64,000 nucleotides of DNA from the NCBI GenBank assembly GCA_963741945.1, contig CAVUKA010000001.1:1088001-1152000 (forward strand). Reading direction: 5' to 3'. The DNA comes from an uncultured Gemmatimonadales bacterium (GTDB lineage Bacteria > Gemmatimonadota > Gemmatimonadetes > Longimicrobiales > RSA9). The notes beneath the pieces were generated by a model. It searched no databases. It was not told the DNA's origin and saw nothing but the letters and a program-made list of their open reading frames with translations. A program made the position numbers and the translations under genes. Of this stretch, positions 10,177 through 21,477 are shown piece by piece (positions within the stretch are counted from its first letter, which is position 1; each line of letters begins with the position of its first letter).

Positions 10177-11914
10177 CTACGCTTCCGCGATCGCTTCCAG
10201 GAAGAGGTCGCCATAGCGCTCCAGCTTCTTCGGCCCCACGCCGGAGATGCGAAGCAGCTCGGCGGGCGTGGACGGCCGCTCATCCGCCATGGCGCGCAGG
10301 ACGCGATCGTTGAACACGATGTAGGCGGGCACGTTGCGCTCGTCGGCGAGCCGCTTGCGCAGCGCGCGCAGCCGGTCGAAGAGGGGATCGGCGTCGGGGT
10401 CGAACCGGGGCGGCGGCGCCTCGTCCCACGGTGCGGGGCCGCCGGAGCCGGGCGCGCCCGCCCGTAGACCCGCTGCCCGTGGCCGGCGCGGCGTTCCCGA
10501 AGCCGCGTCGCCCGGCAGACCTGGCCCGGTTGCTTCCGGAGCGGCCCCGTCGCTCGATCCCGTGGCGCATCATGGCGTCGGCGGCGAGGTCCTCGACGGA
10601 TACGCCGAGGCAGCTGTCGCAAGCGTCGCCGCAATCATCGATCTCCTCTTCGAAATGGGCGACGATGGAGCGGTGCCGGCACCCCGGGCGCTCGAGCATC
10701 CGGAACAGCTCCACCGTGGCCTGGTGCTTCTCGTCCCGCAGCGCCGGGTCCTCGATGTCGCGCAGGAAGCGCTCGTGCATCTTCACGTCCGCCCAGGAGT
10801 AGAAGAGGAAGCAATCGGCGCGCAGTCCGTCCCGCCCGGCGCGGCCGATCTCCTGGTACCAGCTCTCCACGTCCTTGGGCATGTCACGGTGGACGATGAA
10901 GCGGACGTTCGACTTGTCGATCCCCATGCCGAACGCGATCGTGGCCACGATCACATCGGCGTCATCCTTCTGGAACGCCTCCTGGTTGGACGCCCGCTCG
11001 TCGTCCGTCATGCCGGCGTGGTACGGAAGCGCGCGGATCCCGTGCCCGGACAGGTACTCGGCCGTCTGCTCCACGCCCCGCCGCGACAGACAGTAGATGA
11101 TCCCGCTCTGCCCGAGCCGCTCCCGTACCAGAGCCAGGATCTCGCGACGCGTGTTCCCCCCCTGCCCTTTCTTCCGGACGTGGATCCGCAGGTTGCGACG
11201 GAAGAACGAACCCTTGTACCCCTCCGGCCTGCGCATTCCCAGCTGCCGCAGGATGTCCCGCGCCACCTGGCGAGTGGCCGTGGCCGTGAGCGCCAGCACG
11301 GGTACACCGAGCTCCTCCTTGAGGCCCCGCAGACGACGGTAGCTGGGGCGGAAGTCGTGCCCCCACTGAGAGATGCAGTGCGCCTCGTCCACCACCAGCA
11401 GCGACACCGGCCAGCTCCGTATCGCATCCCGCAGCGCGCCGTCCAGCGCTTCCGGCGCCAGGTACACCAGCTCGTACTCGCCCCGGCGGATCCCGTCCAG
11501 GCGTTGCACCCGCTCCTCCCACGACAGGGATGAATTCACCGCCGTTGCCCGGAACCCCCACTCCGAAAGCGCATCCACCTGGTCCTTCATGAGGCTGATG
11601 AGCGGCGATACCACCAGCGCCGTGCCGGGTAGCAGCCGGGCCGGTACCTGGAACGTCAGCGATTTCCCCGCCCCCGTGGGCATCACGGCGATGCAGTCAC
11701 GCCCGCGCAACACGGCCTCGATCACTTCCTCCTGGCCGGGGCGGAACGCGTCGTAGCCGAAGACCTCACGCAGCACATCCAGCGGCCGCACGGTCGGCGG
11801 CACATCCGGTACCGGTCCGCCTGCGGCCGCACCGCCACCCGACACGGGGGATGGCCGCCCCTCCGGCGTTTCCGGAACGGGGGTGGAAAAGAGGTCCAGG
11901 GGATCGTCGGCCAT
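10177..11914 (-). CDS. recQ: ATP-dependent DNA helicase RecQ; C-terminal HRDC domain separated by a +1 frameshift near 10440-10480
   Basis: [53 protein letters not shown] and Zn-binding CR...[12 protein letters not shown] text '[29 protein letters not shown]...[13 protein letters not shown]' lies in a different frame ending at TAG 10177-10179. Confidence 0.9.
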
Positions 11915-12207
11915 GCGTTCTATGCTGCGGTGTGCGTCGGGGCAGGAACATAACCCATCGGGACGACACGCGGGGGATGAGAGCGGGACCGATGGGCGCG
12001 CAGCCGCGCGATCAGCCGCGCACCGGGGCGCTCCCGGCCGGCCTCGAGCAGAAACGCTCATGGAACAGGCCGGCGCGGGGCGAGGTGGGGTCCCTGGTGG
12101 GCCGATGCTGCGGTGCCTGGGCCACTGTGGCCCGGGTATCTATATAGCGGCGGGGCGTCAAACCACCGTCAAACCCCATTATCGACCCCGTTCGGCCGGG
12201 AGCCGTG

Positions 12208-13761
12208 TCAGGGCAGGTATGCCGCGGTCAGCTCCCTGAACGTCTCGACCTGAGCGTCAATCCAGGCGGCGTCACGGCCCAGCTCGCGGGCGATGAGCCC
12301 GGCGACGCGCGGCGCGGCGTCGGCGGCAGCGCGAGCGTCGAGGAGGAGTGCGCGAGTGCGGCGGGAGAGGACGTCCTCGACCGTGCGTGCCATCTCGTGG
12401 CGCGCGGCCCAGACCACCTGGCCCGCACGGATGTCGAAGGCGGGGTGGATGGGCGCCTGCCAGTCGGCGTTCTCGGTGATGAGCTCGCGGAGCGCGGGTG
12501 CGTCGGAGCCGTAATGCTCGAGCTCGGCGAAGCGATCGGCATGGGCGTGATAGCCGTGGATGCGGAGTCCGCGGGTGGTGCAGGGGCGGTCATCGAGGCC
12601 GGCGAGGGTGGCGGCCTGGTCGACGGTGTCCTCGGCCATCTTCCGGTACGTGGTCCACTTCCCGCCGGCAATGGTCACGAGGCCGGACTCGGAGATGAGG
12701 AGGGTGTGGTCGCGGGATAGGGAGGCGGTGGAGCCCTCGTCGTCCGCGCCGACGAGCGGCCGCAGGCCTGCGAAGATGCTGAGGATGTCGGAGGGCTCGG
12801 GATCCCGATCGAGGTAGCGTCCCGCGTGCTCGAGGAGGAAGTCCACCTCCTCCGCCATCGGCCTGGGCTCGAGCGACGGCCCGGGGACGGGCGTGTCGGT
12901 GGTGCCGACCACCACGCGATCGAGCCAGGGGATGGCGAAGAGGACGCGGCCGTCGTCCGTCTTCGGGACCATGATGGCGCTCTCGCCGGGGAGGAAATCC
13001 CGCGGGAGCACCAGGTGGATGCCCTGGCTCGGGCGGATGAGATGCGGCGCCGCGGGGTCGTCCATACGACGGAGCTCGTCGGTCCAGACGCCGGTGGCGC
13101 TGACGACGACGGCGCCGCGCAGCTCGTGCTCGCGCCCGCTCTCCTCGTCCCGCGCCCGCACGCCGACCACCTCTCCACCCTGCTTGAGGAGCTCCAGCAC
13201 ACGGACGTAGTTGACCAGGACGGCTCCCTGCTCGGCGGCCGTCTGAGCCATGTTGATGGCGAGCCGGGCGTCGTCGAACTGGCCGTCGTAGTAGATGACG
13301 CCGCCGTTCAGCCCTTCCGGCTCGAGGGTGGGGAGGAGCTGGAGGGTGCGCTCGCGGGAGAGCAGCCTTGAGCGGCCGAACCCCTGCTTCCCCGCCAGGA
13401 GATCGTACATCTTCAGGCCAATGCCATAGAACGGCCCTTCCCACCACTCGTAGTTGGGCACCACGAAGGAGAGGTTCCGGACCAGGTGGGGCGCGTTGGC
13501 CAGCAGCAGCCCGCGCTCCTTGAGAGCCTCGATGACCAGCGCGACGTTCCCCTGCTGCAGGTAGCGGACTCCGCCGTGCACCAGCTTCGTGCTCCGGCTC
13601 GATGTGCCCTTCGCGAAGTCGCTCTGCTCCAGCAGCAGCGTGCGGTATCCCCGCGATGCCGCATCGATGGCGACGCCGAGTCCCGTCGCGCCGCCGCCCA
13701 CCACGATGAACTCCCACGGCTCGTCCGCATCCAGGCGCGCGATCATCCGATCCCGGTTCAT
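12208..13761 (-). CDS. glpD: FAD-dependent glycerol-3-phosphate dehydrogenase/oxidase
   Basis: IVVGGGATGLG, DFAKGTSSRSTKLVHGGVRYL, DGQFDDARL, GGKWTTYRKMAE. ATG at 13761 follows a GGAGAG RBS. Confidence 0.92.
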   Translation of the reverse strand: MNRDRMIARLDADEPWEFIVVGGGATGLGVAIDAASRGYRTLLLEQSDFAKGTSSRSTKLVHGGVRYLQQGNVALVIEALKERGLLLANAPHLVRNLSFVVPNYEWWEGPFYGIGLKMYDLLAGKQGFGRSRLLSRERTLQLLPTLEPEGLNGGVIYYDGQFDDARLAINMAQTAAEQGAVLVNYVRVLELLKQGGEVVGVRARDEESGREHELRGAVVVSATGVWTDELRRMDDPAAPHLIRPSQGIHLVLPRDFLPGESAIMVPKTDDGRVLFAIPWLDRVVVGTTDTPVPGPSLEPRPMAEEVDFLLEHAGRYLDRDPEPSDILSIFAGLRPLVGADDEGSTASLSRDHTLLISESGLVTIAGGKWTTYRKMAEDTVDQAATLAGLDDRPCTTRGLRIHGYHAHADRFAELEHYGSDAPALRELITENADWQAPIHPAFDIRAGQVVWAARHEMARTVEDVLSRRTRALLLDARAAADAAPRVAGLIARELGRDAAWIDAQVETFRELTAAYLP

Positions 13762-13894
13762 GGCCCTCTCCAGTGTGCTCGTCTGCCCGGCAACCGCATC
13801 CTGCCAAGGTAAGCGTGGATGGCGGGCCAGGCATGGGGTCTGCGGCATCGAGGAGGAACGGACACGGAAGGAGCCAACCCGCCGAGGAGCATTC

Positions 13895-14530
13895 ATGACG
13901 CGCATCATCCTCCGCCCTGGAGCCGCCGGTCGAGCGCTGCCGATCATTGCCCTGGCCCTGGCCGCGTGCAACGGTGGCGTGGCACTCCCCGGGCCGGGGG
14001 GCGGCCCCGCGCCGGGTCCCCTGACCATCGACATCTCCCCTGAGCAGGGCACGCGCGGCGAGGGCGTGCGCGTGCAGGCGTGGGGGTTCCAGCCCGGGGC
14101 CCGGGTCGACATCGGCTTCGGGCCGCCCGACTCCGAGTACGAAGTCATCGCCCACGCGGTGGCGGGAGAGCAAGGGCAGGTGGACGTGCGAGTGGACGTG
14201 CCGGAATGGGCGGACACGGAGCGCGACTATGTCTTCGTGGCCGATTCTCCCCGGGGCAGGCGAGTGGTGTCCGATCCGTTCCGTGTGATTGCGGCGGGCG
14301 CCCCGGCGCAAGTCACGGTGACGGGCGTGCTCACGGGTGAAGGGGTGGAGTGTCCGGCGCTCCGAACGGACCAGGGCAAGCTGTACACGCTGGCCGGCGA
14401 TCTGGGCGGGCATCGGGAGGGGGACCGGGTGACGGTCACCGGGTCGATCGCCGAGGCATCCGTCTGCATGCAGGGCACCACGCTGAGCATTGCCCGGATC
14501 ACGGCGGCTGGCGGCGGCTCGAGCCGGTAA
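13895..14530 (+). CDS. Lipoprotein with Ig-like middle domain and C-terminal small OB-fold-like (DUF5818-like) domain
   Basis: GAGGAG RBS, lipobox LALAAC, and C-terminal 'GVLTGEGVECPALR...YTL...GDRVTVTG...SVCMQG'. Confidence 0.65.
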   Translation: MTRIILRPGAAGRALPIIALALAACNGGVALPGPGGGPAPGPLTIDISPEQGTRGEGVRVQAWGFQPGARVDIGFGPPDSEYEVIAHAVAGEQGQVDVRVDVPEWADTERDYVFVADSPRGRRVVSDPFRVIAAGAPAQVTVTGVLTGEGVECPALRTDQGKLYTLAGDLGGHREGDRVTVTGSIAEASVCMQGTTLSIARITAAGGGSSR

Positions 14531-14847
14531 GTGTTCGCCGTACTGCTGCGGCCCTTGCCAATGCCAGGCGCCTCCTCCACGTTGTGAGCCACTCGCGGGC
14601 GCGAGAAGCGTCGGCGCGAGGGGGCACTCCGGTGGACTCGAAACGCTTTCATGCGACGAGCAGCACCCCACCGCCACGATGCGGTGGAAGACGGGCCGAA
14701 GAGGGCCAACGCCGTCCGCCCGGACGGCCGTGGACCGAGGGCGCGCCGCGCCCGGCCTGGAGCCCCCCACAGCATCCCCGCAGTTCCCACACACCACAAC
14801 CAGGAATGGTAGCGGCATCGCTCGCCGCGGCCTGAAAGGACCAGCGC

Positions 14848-16209
14848 ATGTCGGACTATATCTCCGAGTTGATGGCCGATGTGAAAGCGAAGGATCCGGC
14901 CCAGCCCGAATTCCACCAGGCGGTGCAGGAGGTCGCGGAATCCATCGAGCTCGTGCTCGAGCGGCACCCGGAGTATCAGGCTTCGAAGATCCTCGAGCGG
15001 ATCATCGAGCCGGAGCGGTTGATCATGTTCCGGGTGCCGTGGATCGACGACGAGGGAACGCCGCAGATCAATCGCGGATTCCGCATCGAGATGAACAGCG
15101 CGATCGGACCCTACAAGGGCGGACTCCGCTTCCACCCGTCCGTGAATGTGGGCATCCTGAAGTTCCTCGCCTTCGAGCAGGTCTTCAAGAACGCGCTCAC
15201 GACGCTGCCCATGGGCGGCGGCAAGGGCGGCAGTGACTTCGACCCGAAAGGCAAGAGCGACAACGAGGTGATGCGCTTCTGCCAGAGCTTCATGACGGAG
15301 CTGTGGCGTCACATCGGCCCGAACACGGACGTCCCGGCCGGCGACATCGGGGTGGGCGGCCGCGAGGTGGGCTTCCTGTTCGGGCAGTACAAGCGCATCG
15401 CCAACGAGTTCACCGGCGTTCTCACGGGGAAGGGTCTGAACTGGGGCGGGTCGTTGATTCGTCCGGAAGCCACCGGCTACGGCGCCGTGTACTTCGCGGC
15501 CAACATGCTGAAGACGCGCGACGCGACCCTGGAAGGGAAGACCTGCCTGGTCTCCGGCTCGGGGAACGTGGCCCAGTACACGGCCGAAAAGCTGATCGAG
15601 CTGGGCGCCCGTGTGGTGACGCTCTCGGATTCCAGCGGCTACATCTATGACGAGGCCGGGGTGGACCGTGAGAAGCTCGCGTTCATCATGGACCTGAAGA
15701 ACAAGCGCCGCGGCCGCATCGAGGAGTACGCCGAGAAGTTCGATGGTGTGGTGTACACGCCCGTGGAGCCCGAGCGCGATCACGATCCGCTGTGGGACCA
15801 CGACGCGGATTGCGCGTTCCCCAGCGCCACGCAGAACGAGATCAACGGCAAGGACGCCGCCAACCTGCTGAAGAACGGGGTATACGTCGTGTCCGAGGGC
15901 GCGAACATGCCCACCGTGCCGGCGGGCGTCGAGCAGTTCATCGACGCCGGCATCCTGTACGGCCCCGGGAAGGCGGCGAACGCGGGCGGTGTGGCCGTGT
16001 CCGGGCTGGAGATGGCGCAGAACAGCATGCGGTACGGCTGGACGCGGGAAGAGGTGGACCACCGGTTGCAGCTGATCATGAAGAACATCCACGACACGTG
16101 TCTGGCGGCCGCGGAGCGCTTCGGCGCCCCCGGCAACTACGTCCACGGCGCGAACATCGCCGGGTTCCTCAAGGTGGCGGACGCCATGATCGACCAGGGG
16201 ATGGTCTGA
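14848..16209 (+). CDS. gdhA: NADP-specific glutamate dehydrogenase
   Basis: GPYKGGLRFH, PMGGGKGGSDFDPK, DVPAGDIGVG, RPEATGYG, SGSGNVAQY, GKAANAGGVA. Confidence 0.97.
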   Translation: MSDYISELMADVKAKDPAQPEFHQAVQEVAESIELVLERHPEYQASKILERIIEPERLIMFRVPWIDDEGTPQINRGFRIEMNSAIGPYKGGLRFHPSVNVGILKFLAFEQVFKNALTTLPMGGGKGGSDFDPKGKSDNEVMRFCQSFMTELWRHIGPNTDVPAGDIGVGGREVGFLFGQYKRIANEFTGVLTGKGLNWGGSLIRPEATGYGAVYFAANMLKTRDATLEGKTCLVSGSGNVAQYTAEKLIELGARVVTLSDSSGYIYDEAGVDREKLAFIMDLKNKRRGRIEEYAEKFDGVVYTPVEPERDHDPLWDHDADCAFPSATQNEINGKDAANLLKNGVYVVSEGANMPTVPAGVEQFIDAGILYGPGKAANAGGVAVSGLEMAQNSMRYGWTREEVDHRLQLIMKNIHDTCLAAAERFGAPGNYVHGANIAGFLKVADAMIDQGMV

Positions 16210-16291
16210 CGACACCTACCGATGCCGGCGGGGTCCGCGAGCCGGGCCCCGCCGGCCTCCTCACTGCTGTGCGCACGACTCCAGGAGATGC

Positions 16292-19276
16292 ATGAACTCG
16301 AACCTGATCCCGTTCGACCACGCGGAATGGCACGGTAGCGGTGCGGGCGGGTTTCAGGAGCTGATGCGGGAGCAGGTCCGCAACGTCCTCATCGTCTCCA
16401 GCCTGTACGAATCGTTCATCATGGCCGAGGACGGGCAGCTGAACGAGCTCCTCCTGACCAAGTTCCTGGACGTCAACCTGAGTCAGGCGCCCCGCCTGAC
16501 GCACGTCTCCACCGGTGAGGAGGCGCTGCAGCTCGCGCGCGAGCCGAACCGCTTCGACCTCATCCTGACCGCGCTCGACGTCGGGGACATGAACGCGGTG
16601 GAGCTGGCGCGGCGGGCGAGGAACGCGGGCGTCCGCCTGCCCATCTGCCTGCTGGCGTACGACTACCGGGAGCTGAAGGAGTTCCGGGCCCGACACGACA
16701 TGTCGGAGATCGAGCGCAGCTTCCTCTGGCAGGGCGATGTCCGGATCCTGCTGGCCATCGTGAAGTACATCGAGGACAAGCTGAACGTGGAGCACGACTC
16801 CCGGGTCGGCGTCCCGGTGCTGCTGGTGGTGGAGGACAACGTGCGGCACTACTCGTCCTTCCTGCCGGTGATCTTCACGGAAATCATGAAGCACAGCCAG
16901 GGGGTCATCTCCGAAGGGCTGAACCTGTCGCAGAAGCTGCTTCGGATGCGGGCCCGCCCCAAGATCCTGCTCGCGACGCGCTTCGAAGACGCATGGTCCA
17001 TGTTCACGCGCTACCAGGAGAACATCCTGGGCGTGATCACGGACATCGAGTATCCGCGCCAGGGGCAGCTGGACGCGAATGCCGGCATCCTGCTCGCCAA
17101 CCGCATCCGCGAGGCGCGCCCCGACCTCCCGATCGCGCTCCAGTCCAGCCACCCGGGCAACCACCGGCTCGCGCAGGAGATCGGCGCGAGCTTCCTCCAG
17201 AAGGGCTCACCCGACATGCTGGCGCGCCTGCGCGACCTGCTGATCGAGGAGTTCTTCTTCGGCGACTTCGTCTTCCGCATGCCCACGGGCGAGGAGATCG
17301 ACCGGGCGAAGAACCTCAAGGAGCTGGTGGAGAAGCTGCGGACGGTGCCCGCCGAAAGCATCGCCTTTCATGGCGCCCGCAACGACTTCTCGAGCTGGCT
17401 GCGCGCCCGGGCCGAGTTCGAGCCGGCGGAGAAGCTGCGCCGGCGCAAGGTGAGCGATTTCCCATCGCTGGAGCACGTCCGGCTCAGCCTGGTGCGGGCC
17501 ATTGACGAGTACCGGCGGGAACGGAACCGGGGCACGGTGGCGGATTTCGATCCGGCCACGTTCGATCCGACCATGGGCATTGCCCGGATCGGCGGCGGTT
17601 CGCTGGGTGGCAAGGCCCGGGGACTGGCCTTCGCCATCCGGCTGCTGGACCGTTACCGCGTCGCCGAGCGGTTCCCCGGCATCCGCATCAGCGTCCCACC
17701 CGCGGTAGTGCTGGGAACGGACGTGTTCGAGGAGTTCCTCGAGGCCAACGACCTGCGGGAGCTGTCGCTGCGCAGCGAAAGCGACGAGGAGATCGTCCAG
17801 CGATTCAGCGACGCCACGTTCCCTGTCGGCGTCCGCGCGCAGCTGGGGCAGTTCCTCGCGATGATGGGCGCGCCACTGGCCGTCCGCTCCTCCAGCCTCC
17901 TCGAGGATTCTCCCCACCAGCCGTTCGCGGGGATCTTCGAGACGCTCATGCTGCCGAACGACCACCCGGAGGTGGAGATCCGGCTGGACCGGCTGGTGAC
18001 CGCCATCAAGCGCGTGTACGCCTCCACGTTCTCGCAGCGCACGAAGGCCTTCCTCCGCGCCACGCCGTACCGGCTGGAGGAGGAGCAGATGGCCGTGGTC
18101 ATCCAGAAAGTGGTGGGACGGCGCCACGAGAACTGGTTCTATCCGGATTTCGCGGGCGTCGCCCGCTCGTACAACTTCTATCCCACGGCCCCGCTCGACC
18201 CCGAGGACGGGATCGTGGCGGTGGCGCTGGGGTTCGGTCGGACCGTGGTGGAAGGCGAGCCATGCCTCCGCTTCTCACCCGCGCACCCGCGCCACATCGT
18301 CGAGTTCTCCAGCGTGGAGGACATGCTGAAGAATGCGCAGCGGGAGTTCTGGGCGCTGGAGCTCAGTCCGAACGGCCACGGGGTGCCCGTTCGTGACCAG
18401 CTGCAGCGGCTGACCGTGGAGGACGCGGAGCGCCACGGGGTCCTCGGCGCCCTCGGCTCCACGTACTCGCCCGAGAACCACGCGGTGTACGACGGGATCG
18501 CCCGCGACGGCATCCGTCTGGTGACGTTCGCGCCCATCCTCAAGAACCGCGTCTTCCCGCTGGCGGAGATCGTGGGTGAGCTCCTGGACATCGGCGCCGC
18601 GGCCACCAGCTCCCCGGTGGAGATCGAGTTCGCCGTGGACCTGTCCACTGCCGGCGACGAGCCGCAGGAGCTCGGATTCCTCCAGCTCCGGCCGCTCGCT
18701 CCAAGCCGCGAGCTCGACGACCTCGAGATCGGCGACCTGGACCCCGCAGAGCTCGTGTGCGAGAGCCCGTGGGTCCTGGGGAACGGGCGTCTCGAGAACG
18801 TCCACGACCTCCTGGTCATCGACCCGTCCTGCTTCGACCGCGGGGCCACGCGGGAGACCGCACGCGCGGTCGGCCGGCTCAACGCCCGGCTGGTGGCCAA
18901 GGGCCTTCCATACGTCCTCATCGGCGTCGGCCGCTGGGGCTCCAGCCACCCCGAGCTGGGGATCCCCGTCGGCTGGGACGACATCTCCGGCGCCGTGGCC
19001 ATCATCGAAGCCGGCCTCCCCGACCTCCGGGTCACGCCATCACAGGGAACCCACTTCTTCCAGAACCTGGCGTCGTGCAACGTGGGCTACTTCACCGTCA
19101 ACGACCATCGCGGCGAGGGCTTCGTGGACTGGGAATGGCTGTCCGGCCAGGCGCATTCCGGCACCGAGGGATGCGTCCGGCACCTCCGCTTCGAGGACCC
19201 CGTGGAGGTGATCATGGTGGGCCACGAGCACCGTGGCGTGGTGAGGAAACCGGTGCCCGCGGCCGGGGGCGAGTGA
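16292..19276 (+). CDS. Receiver-like domains + PEP synthase/pyruvate phosphate dikinase ATP-grasp (PPDK_N) domain protein
   Basis: REC-like segments (LILTALDVGDM, LLVVEDN, VITDIEYP). ATP-grasp motifs GSLGGKARGL, LAVRSSSLLED, FAGIFET, MAVVIQ, EIEFA, FLQLRP. C-terminal GRWGS and PSQGTHFFQNL. No PEP-binding barrel recognisable. GGAGG RBS. Confidence 0.85.
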   Translation: MNSNLIPFDHAEWHGSGAGGFQELMREQVRNVLIVSSLYESFIMAEDGQLNELLLTKFLDVNLSQAPRLTHVSTGEEALQLAREPNRFDLILTALDVGDMNAVELARRARNAGVRLPICLLAYDYRELKEFRARHDMSEIERSFLWQGDVRILLAIVKYIEDKLNVEHDSRVGVPVLLVVEDNVRHYSSFLPVIFTEIMKHSQGVISEGLNLSQKLLRMRARPKILLATRFEDAWSMFTRYQENILGVITDIEYPRQGQLDANAGILLANRIREARPDLPIALQSSHPGNHRLAQEIGASFLQKGSPDMLARLRDLLIEEFFFGDFVFRMPTGEEIDRAKNLKELVEKLRTVPAESIAFHGARNDFSSWLRARAEFEPAEKLRRRKVSDFPSLEHVRLSLVRAIDEYRRERNRGTVADFDPATFDPTMGIARIGGGSLGGKARGLAFAIRLLDRYRVAERFPGIRISVPPAVVLGTDVFEEFLEANDLRELSLRSESDEEIVQRFSDATFPVGVRAQLGQFLAMMGAPLAVRSSSLLEDSPHQPFAGIFETLMLPNDHPEVEIRLDRLVTAIKRVYASTFSQRTKAFLRATPYRLEEEQMAVVIQKVVGRRHENWFYPDFAGVARSYNFYPTAPLDPEDGIVAVALGFGRTVVEGEPCLRFSPAHPRHIVEFSSVEDMLKNAQREFWALELSPNGHGVPVRDQLQRLTVEDAERHGVLGALGSTYSPENHAVYDGIARDGIRLVTFAPILKNRVFPLAEIVGELLDIGAAATSSPVEIEFAVDLSTAGDEPQELGFLQLRPLAPSRELDDLEIGDLDPAELVCESPWVLGNGRLENVHDLLVIDPSCFDRGATRETARAVGRLNARLVAKGLPYVLIGVGRWGSSHPELGIPVGWDDISGAVAIIEAGLPDLRVTPSQGTHFFQNLASCNVGYFTVNDHRGEGFVDWEWLSGQAHSGTEGCVRHLRFEDPVEVIMVGHEHRGVVRKPVPAAGGE

Positions 19277-19359
19277 GGCGGGGCACCGCGCGGGCACAGC
19301 GGGCGGGAAGGGCGGCGTAGCCGTCCCTCCGTCCGTCGGCCGTCTCTGACCGGCGGGCC

Positions 19360-21477
19360 CTACGCTTCGATCGGGAGGCGGCGGGGCCGCCGGGCCGTGG
19401 CCGCGAAGATCGCGTTGGCGACCGCGGCGGCGAGCGGCGGCACGGGCGGCTCACCGATGCCGGTGGGCGGATCGGCGCTCGGCACCACGTGCACTTCCAC
19501 TTCCGGCATCTCGTCGATCCTGAGGACCGGGTAGTCGGTGAAGTTCCCCTGCTCGACCGCCCCATCGCGGACAGTGATCTGGTGCTTCAGGGTGAAGCCG
19601 AGGGCGAGGGTGATCGCCCCCTCGACCTGCTCCCGGAGTGGTCCGGGGTTCACGACCTGGCCGCAATGCACGGCGCACACCACACGGTGGACCCTGACCT
19701 GTCCGTCCTCCACGGAGATCTCGGCCACCTCGGCGACGTGGGAGCGGAAGGAGGAGACGGCGGCGATGCCCAGCGTGCGGCCCGCCGTCGCCTTGCCCCA
19801 GCCCGCCCGGCTGGCGGCGAGGTCGAGGGCGTCCCGGAGCCTGGGCTCGGTCATGAGATCGCGCCTGAACCGGTACGGGTCCTTCCCGGCGGCGTGCGCC
19901 AGCTCGTCGATGAAGCTCTCGATGACGAACCCGAAGTGTGTGTACGTCACGGAACGCCATGCGCCGGTGGGGATAGCGGTGTCCCGGATGTGGAAATCGC
20001 CCCTGAAGTTCGGGAGACGGTACGGCGGGGACTCCAGGCCGGGCACCACCAGACCCCGCGGGCCGGCGCCGACCACCCGGTGAGTCCAGGCCACCGGCTC
20101 GCCCCGCGGGTCGAGGCCGCCCCGGAGCCGATGATAGGTGAGCGGCCGGTACGCGCCGTTGCGGATCGAGTCCTCGCGCGTCCACAGCACCTGCACCGGC
20201 CCATCGACCCGCTTCGCCACCTCCACGGCCAGCTCGACGTCGTCCGTCTCGAGCCGCCGACCGAAGCCGCCGCCGATGAACGGCACGTGCATCACCACGT
20301 TCGCCACCGGAACGCCAGCGACGCGGGCGGCGGTCTGCTGCGACGCGGTGGCCACCTGCGTGGGCACCCACACCTCCACGCCCCCGTCGCGGACGTGGGC
20401 CACCGCGTTCAGCGGCTCCATCGGGGCGTGATCGATGAACGGGAGGGCGTAGTCCGCCTCGACCACCCGGGCCGCGCTGGCGAGCGCGCCGTCGGGATCG
20501 CCCGCCTCGCGCGCCACCGTGCCCGGGGAGTCGGCGAGCGCTTCGAAATCGGAGAACAGGGCGTCGCTGGACAGCCCCGTCGCCGGCGACGTGTCCCAGT
20601 CCAGCGAGAGCGCAGCGCGACCTTTCAGCGCCGCCCACGTGCTCCGCGCCACCACGGCCACGCCCTGCGGCACCTGCACCACGTCGACCACTCCCGGGAC
20701 GCGGCGAGCGGCGGCGTCATCGTGGCGGCGGAGTGTGGCGCCGAACGCCGGCGGGCGCGCCACTGTGGCCACGAGCATGCCGGGGAGCGCGATGTCGAGA
20801 CCGAAAACGGCGCTCCCATCCACTTTGGTGGCGACGTCGAGGCGAGGTTTCCCCTGGCCCACGATCCTGAAGTCCCGCGGGTCCTTCAATGGCGGATCCG
20901 TGGGCACGGGCATGCCGCGCGCGTGCTCCACCAGCGCGCCATAGCCGAGCCGACGACCGTCCTTCGTGTTGACCACGAACCCGTTCTCGGTCCGGACCTG
21001 GTCCGGCATCACGCTCCACTGCGCCGCCGCCGCCCGCTTCAGCATCTCACGCGCGGTGGCACCCGCCTTCCGCAGCGGCTCCCAGGCCATCCGCGTGCTC
21101 GTGCTCCCGCCCGTGGAAATGTCCCGCACCCACCCCGCGGGGTTCGCGGGAATCGGGAGCGGACGAACCTGGCTCCAGTCCGCGTCCAGCTCCTCGGCCA
21201 CGATCATGGGGAGCGTCGTCGTGACCCCCTGCCCGAGCTCGGCCTCATCCACCACCACCGAGACCGTCCCGTCGGGGTCGATCCGCAGCCACGCGGCCGG
21301 GCTGAACGCCTCCGACGCCGTGCCGCTCCCGTCCGTCGGCGCAGGACTGCCGGCGGCCGCACCCGCAGGGAGCCATTCCCGATCGGCCGCCGGGAAGTGG
21401 ATCACGAGGACCAGGGCCGCTCCACCCTTTCCGGCCGTGATCAGGAAGTCCCGCCGATTCAGGGATTCGTCACGCAT
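19360..21477 (-). CDS. Xanthine dehydrogenase family molybdopterin-binding subunit (isoquinoline 1-oxidoreductase beta-like)
   Basis: Tat-like [54 protein letters not shown]. Confidence 0.9.
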   Translation of the reverse strand: MRDESLNRRDFLITAGKGGAALVLVIHFPAADREWLPAGAAAGSPAPTDGSGTASEAFSPAAWLRIDPDGTVSVVVDEAELGQGVTTTLPMIVAEELDADWSQVRPLPIPANPAGWVRDISTGGSTSTRMAWEPLRKAGATAREMLKRAAAAQWSVMPDQVRTENGFVVNTKDGRRLGYGALVEHARGMPVPTDPPLKDPRDFRIVGQGKPRLDVATKVDGSAVFGLDIALPGMLVATVARPPAFGATLRRHDDAAARRVPGVVDVVQVPQGVAVVARSTWAALKGRAALSLDWDTSPATGLSSDALFSDFEALADSPGTVAREAGDPDGALASAARVVEADYALPFIDHAPMEPLNAVAHVRDGGVEVWVPTQVATASQQTAARVAGVPVANVVMHVPFIGGGFGRRLETDDVELAVEVAKRVDGPVQVLWTREDSIRNGAYRPLTYHRLRGGLDPRGEPVAWTHRVVGAGPRGLVVPGLESPPYRLPNFRGDFHIRDTAIPTGAWRSVTYTHFGFVIESFIDELAHAAGKDPYRFRRDLMTEPRLRDALDLAASRAGWGKATAGRTLGIAAVSSFRSHVAEVAEISVEDGQVRVHRVVCAVHCGQVVNPGPLREQVEGAITLALGFTLKHQITVRDGAVEQGNFTDYPVLRIDEMPEVEVHVVPSADPPTGIGEPPVPPLAAAVANAIFAATARRPRRLPIEA

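Noticed and set aside
12112-12140. Hairpin between glpD and recQ as a terminator
   Set aside because: The stem relies on G-U pairs on the + strand while both flanking genes are on the - strand, and there is no U-tract.
14227-16215. 662-aa ORF antisense to gdhA
   Set aside because: Shadow frame with no independent motifs or RBS.
16292-19276. Calling this gene ppsA
   Set aside because: No C-terminal PEP-utilising barrel and no canonical GGxTSH motif.
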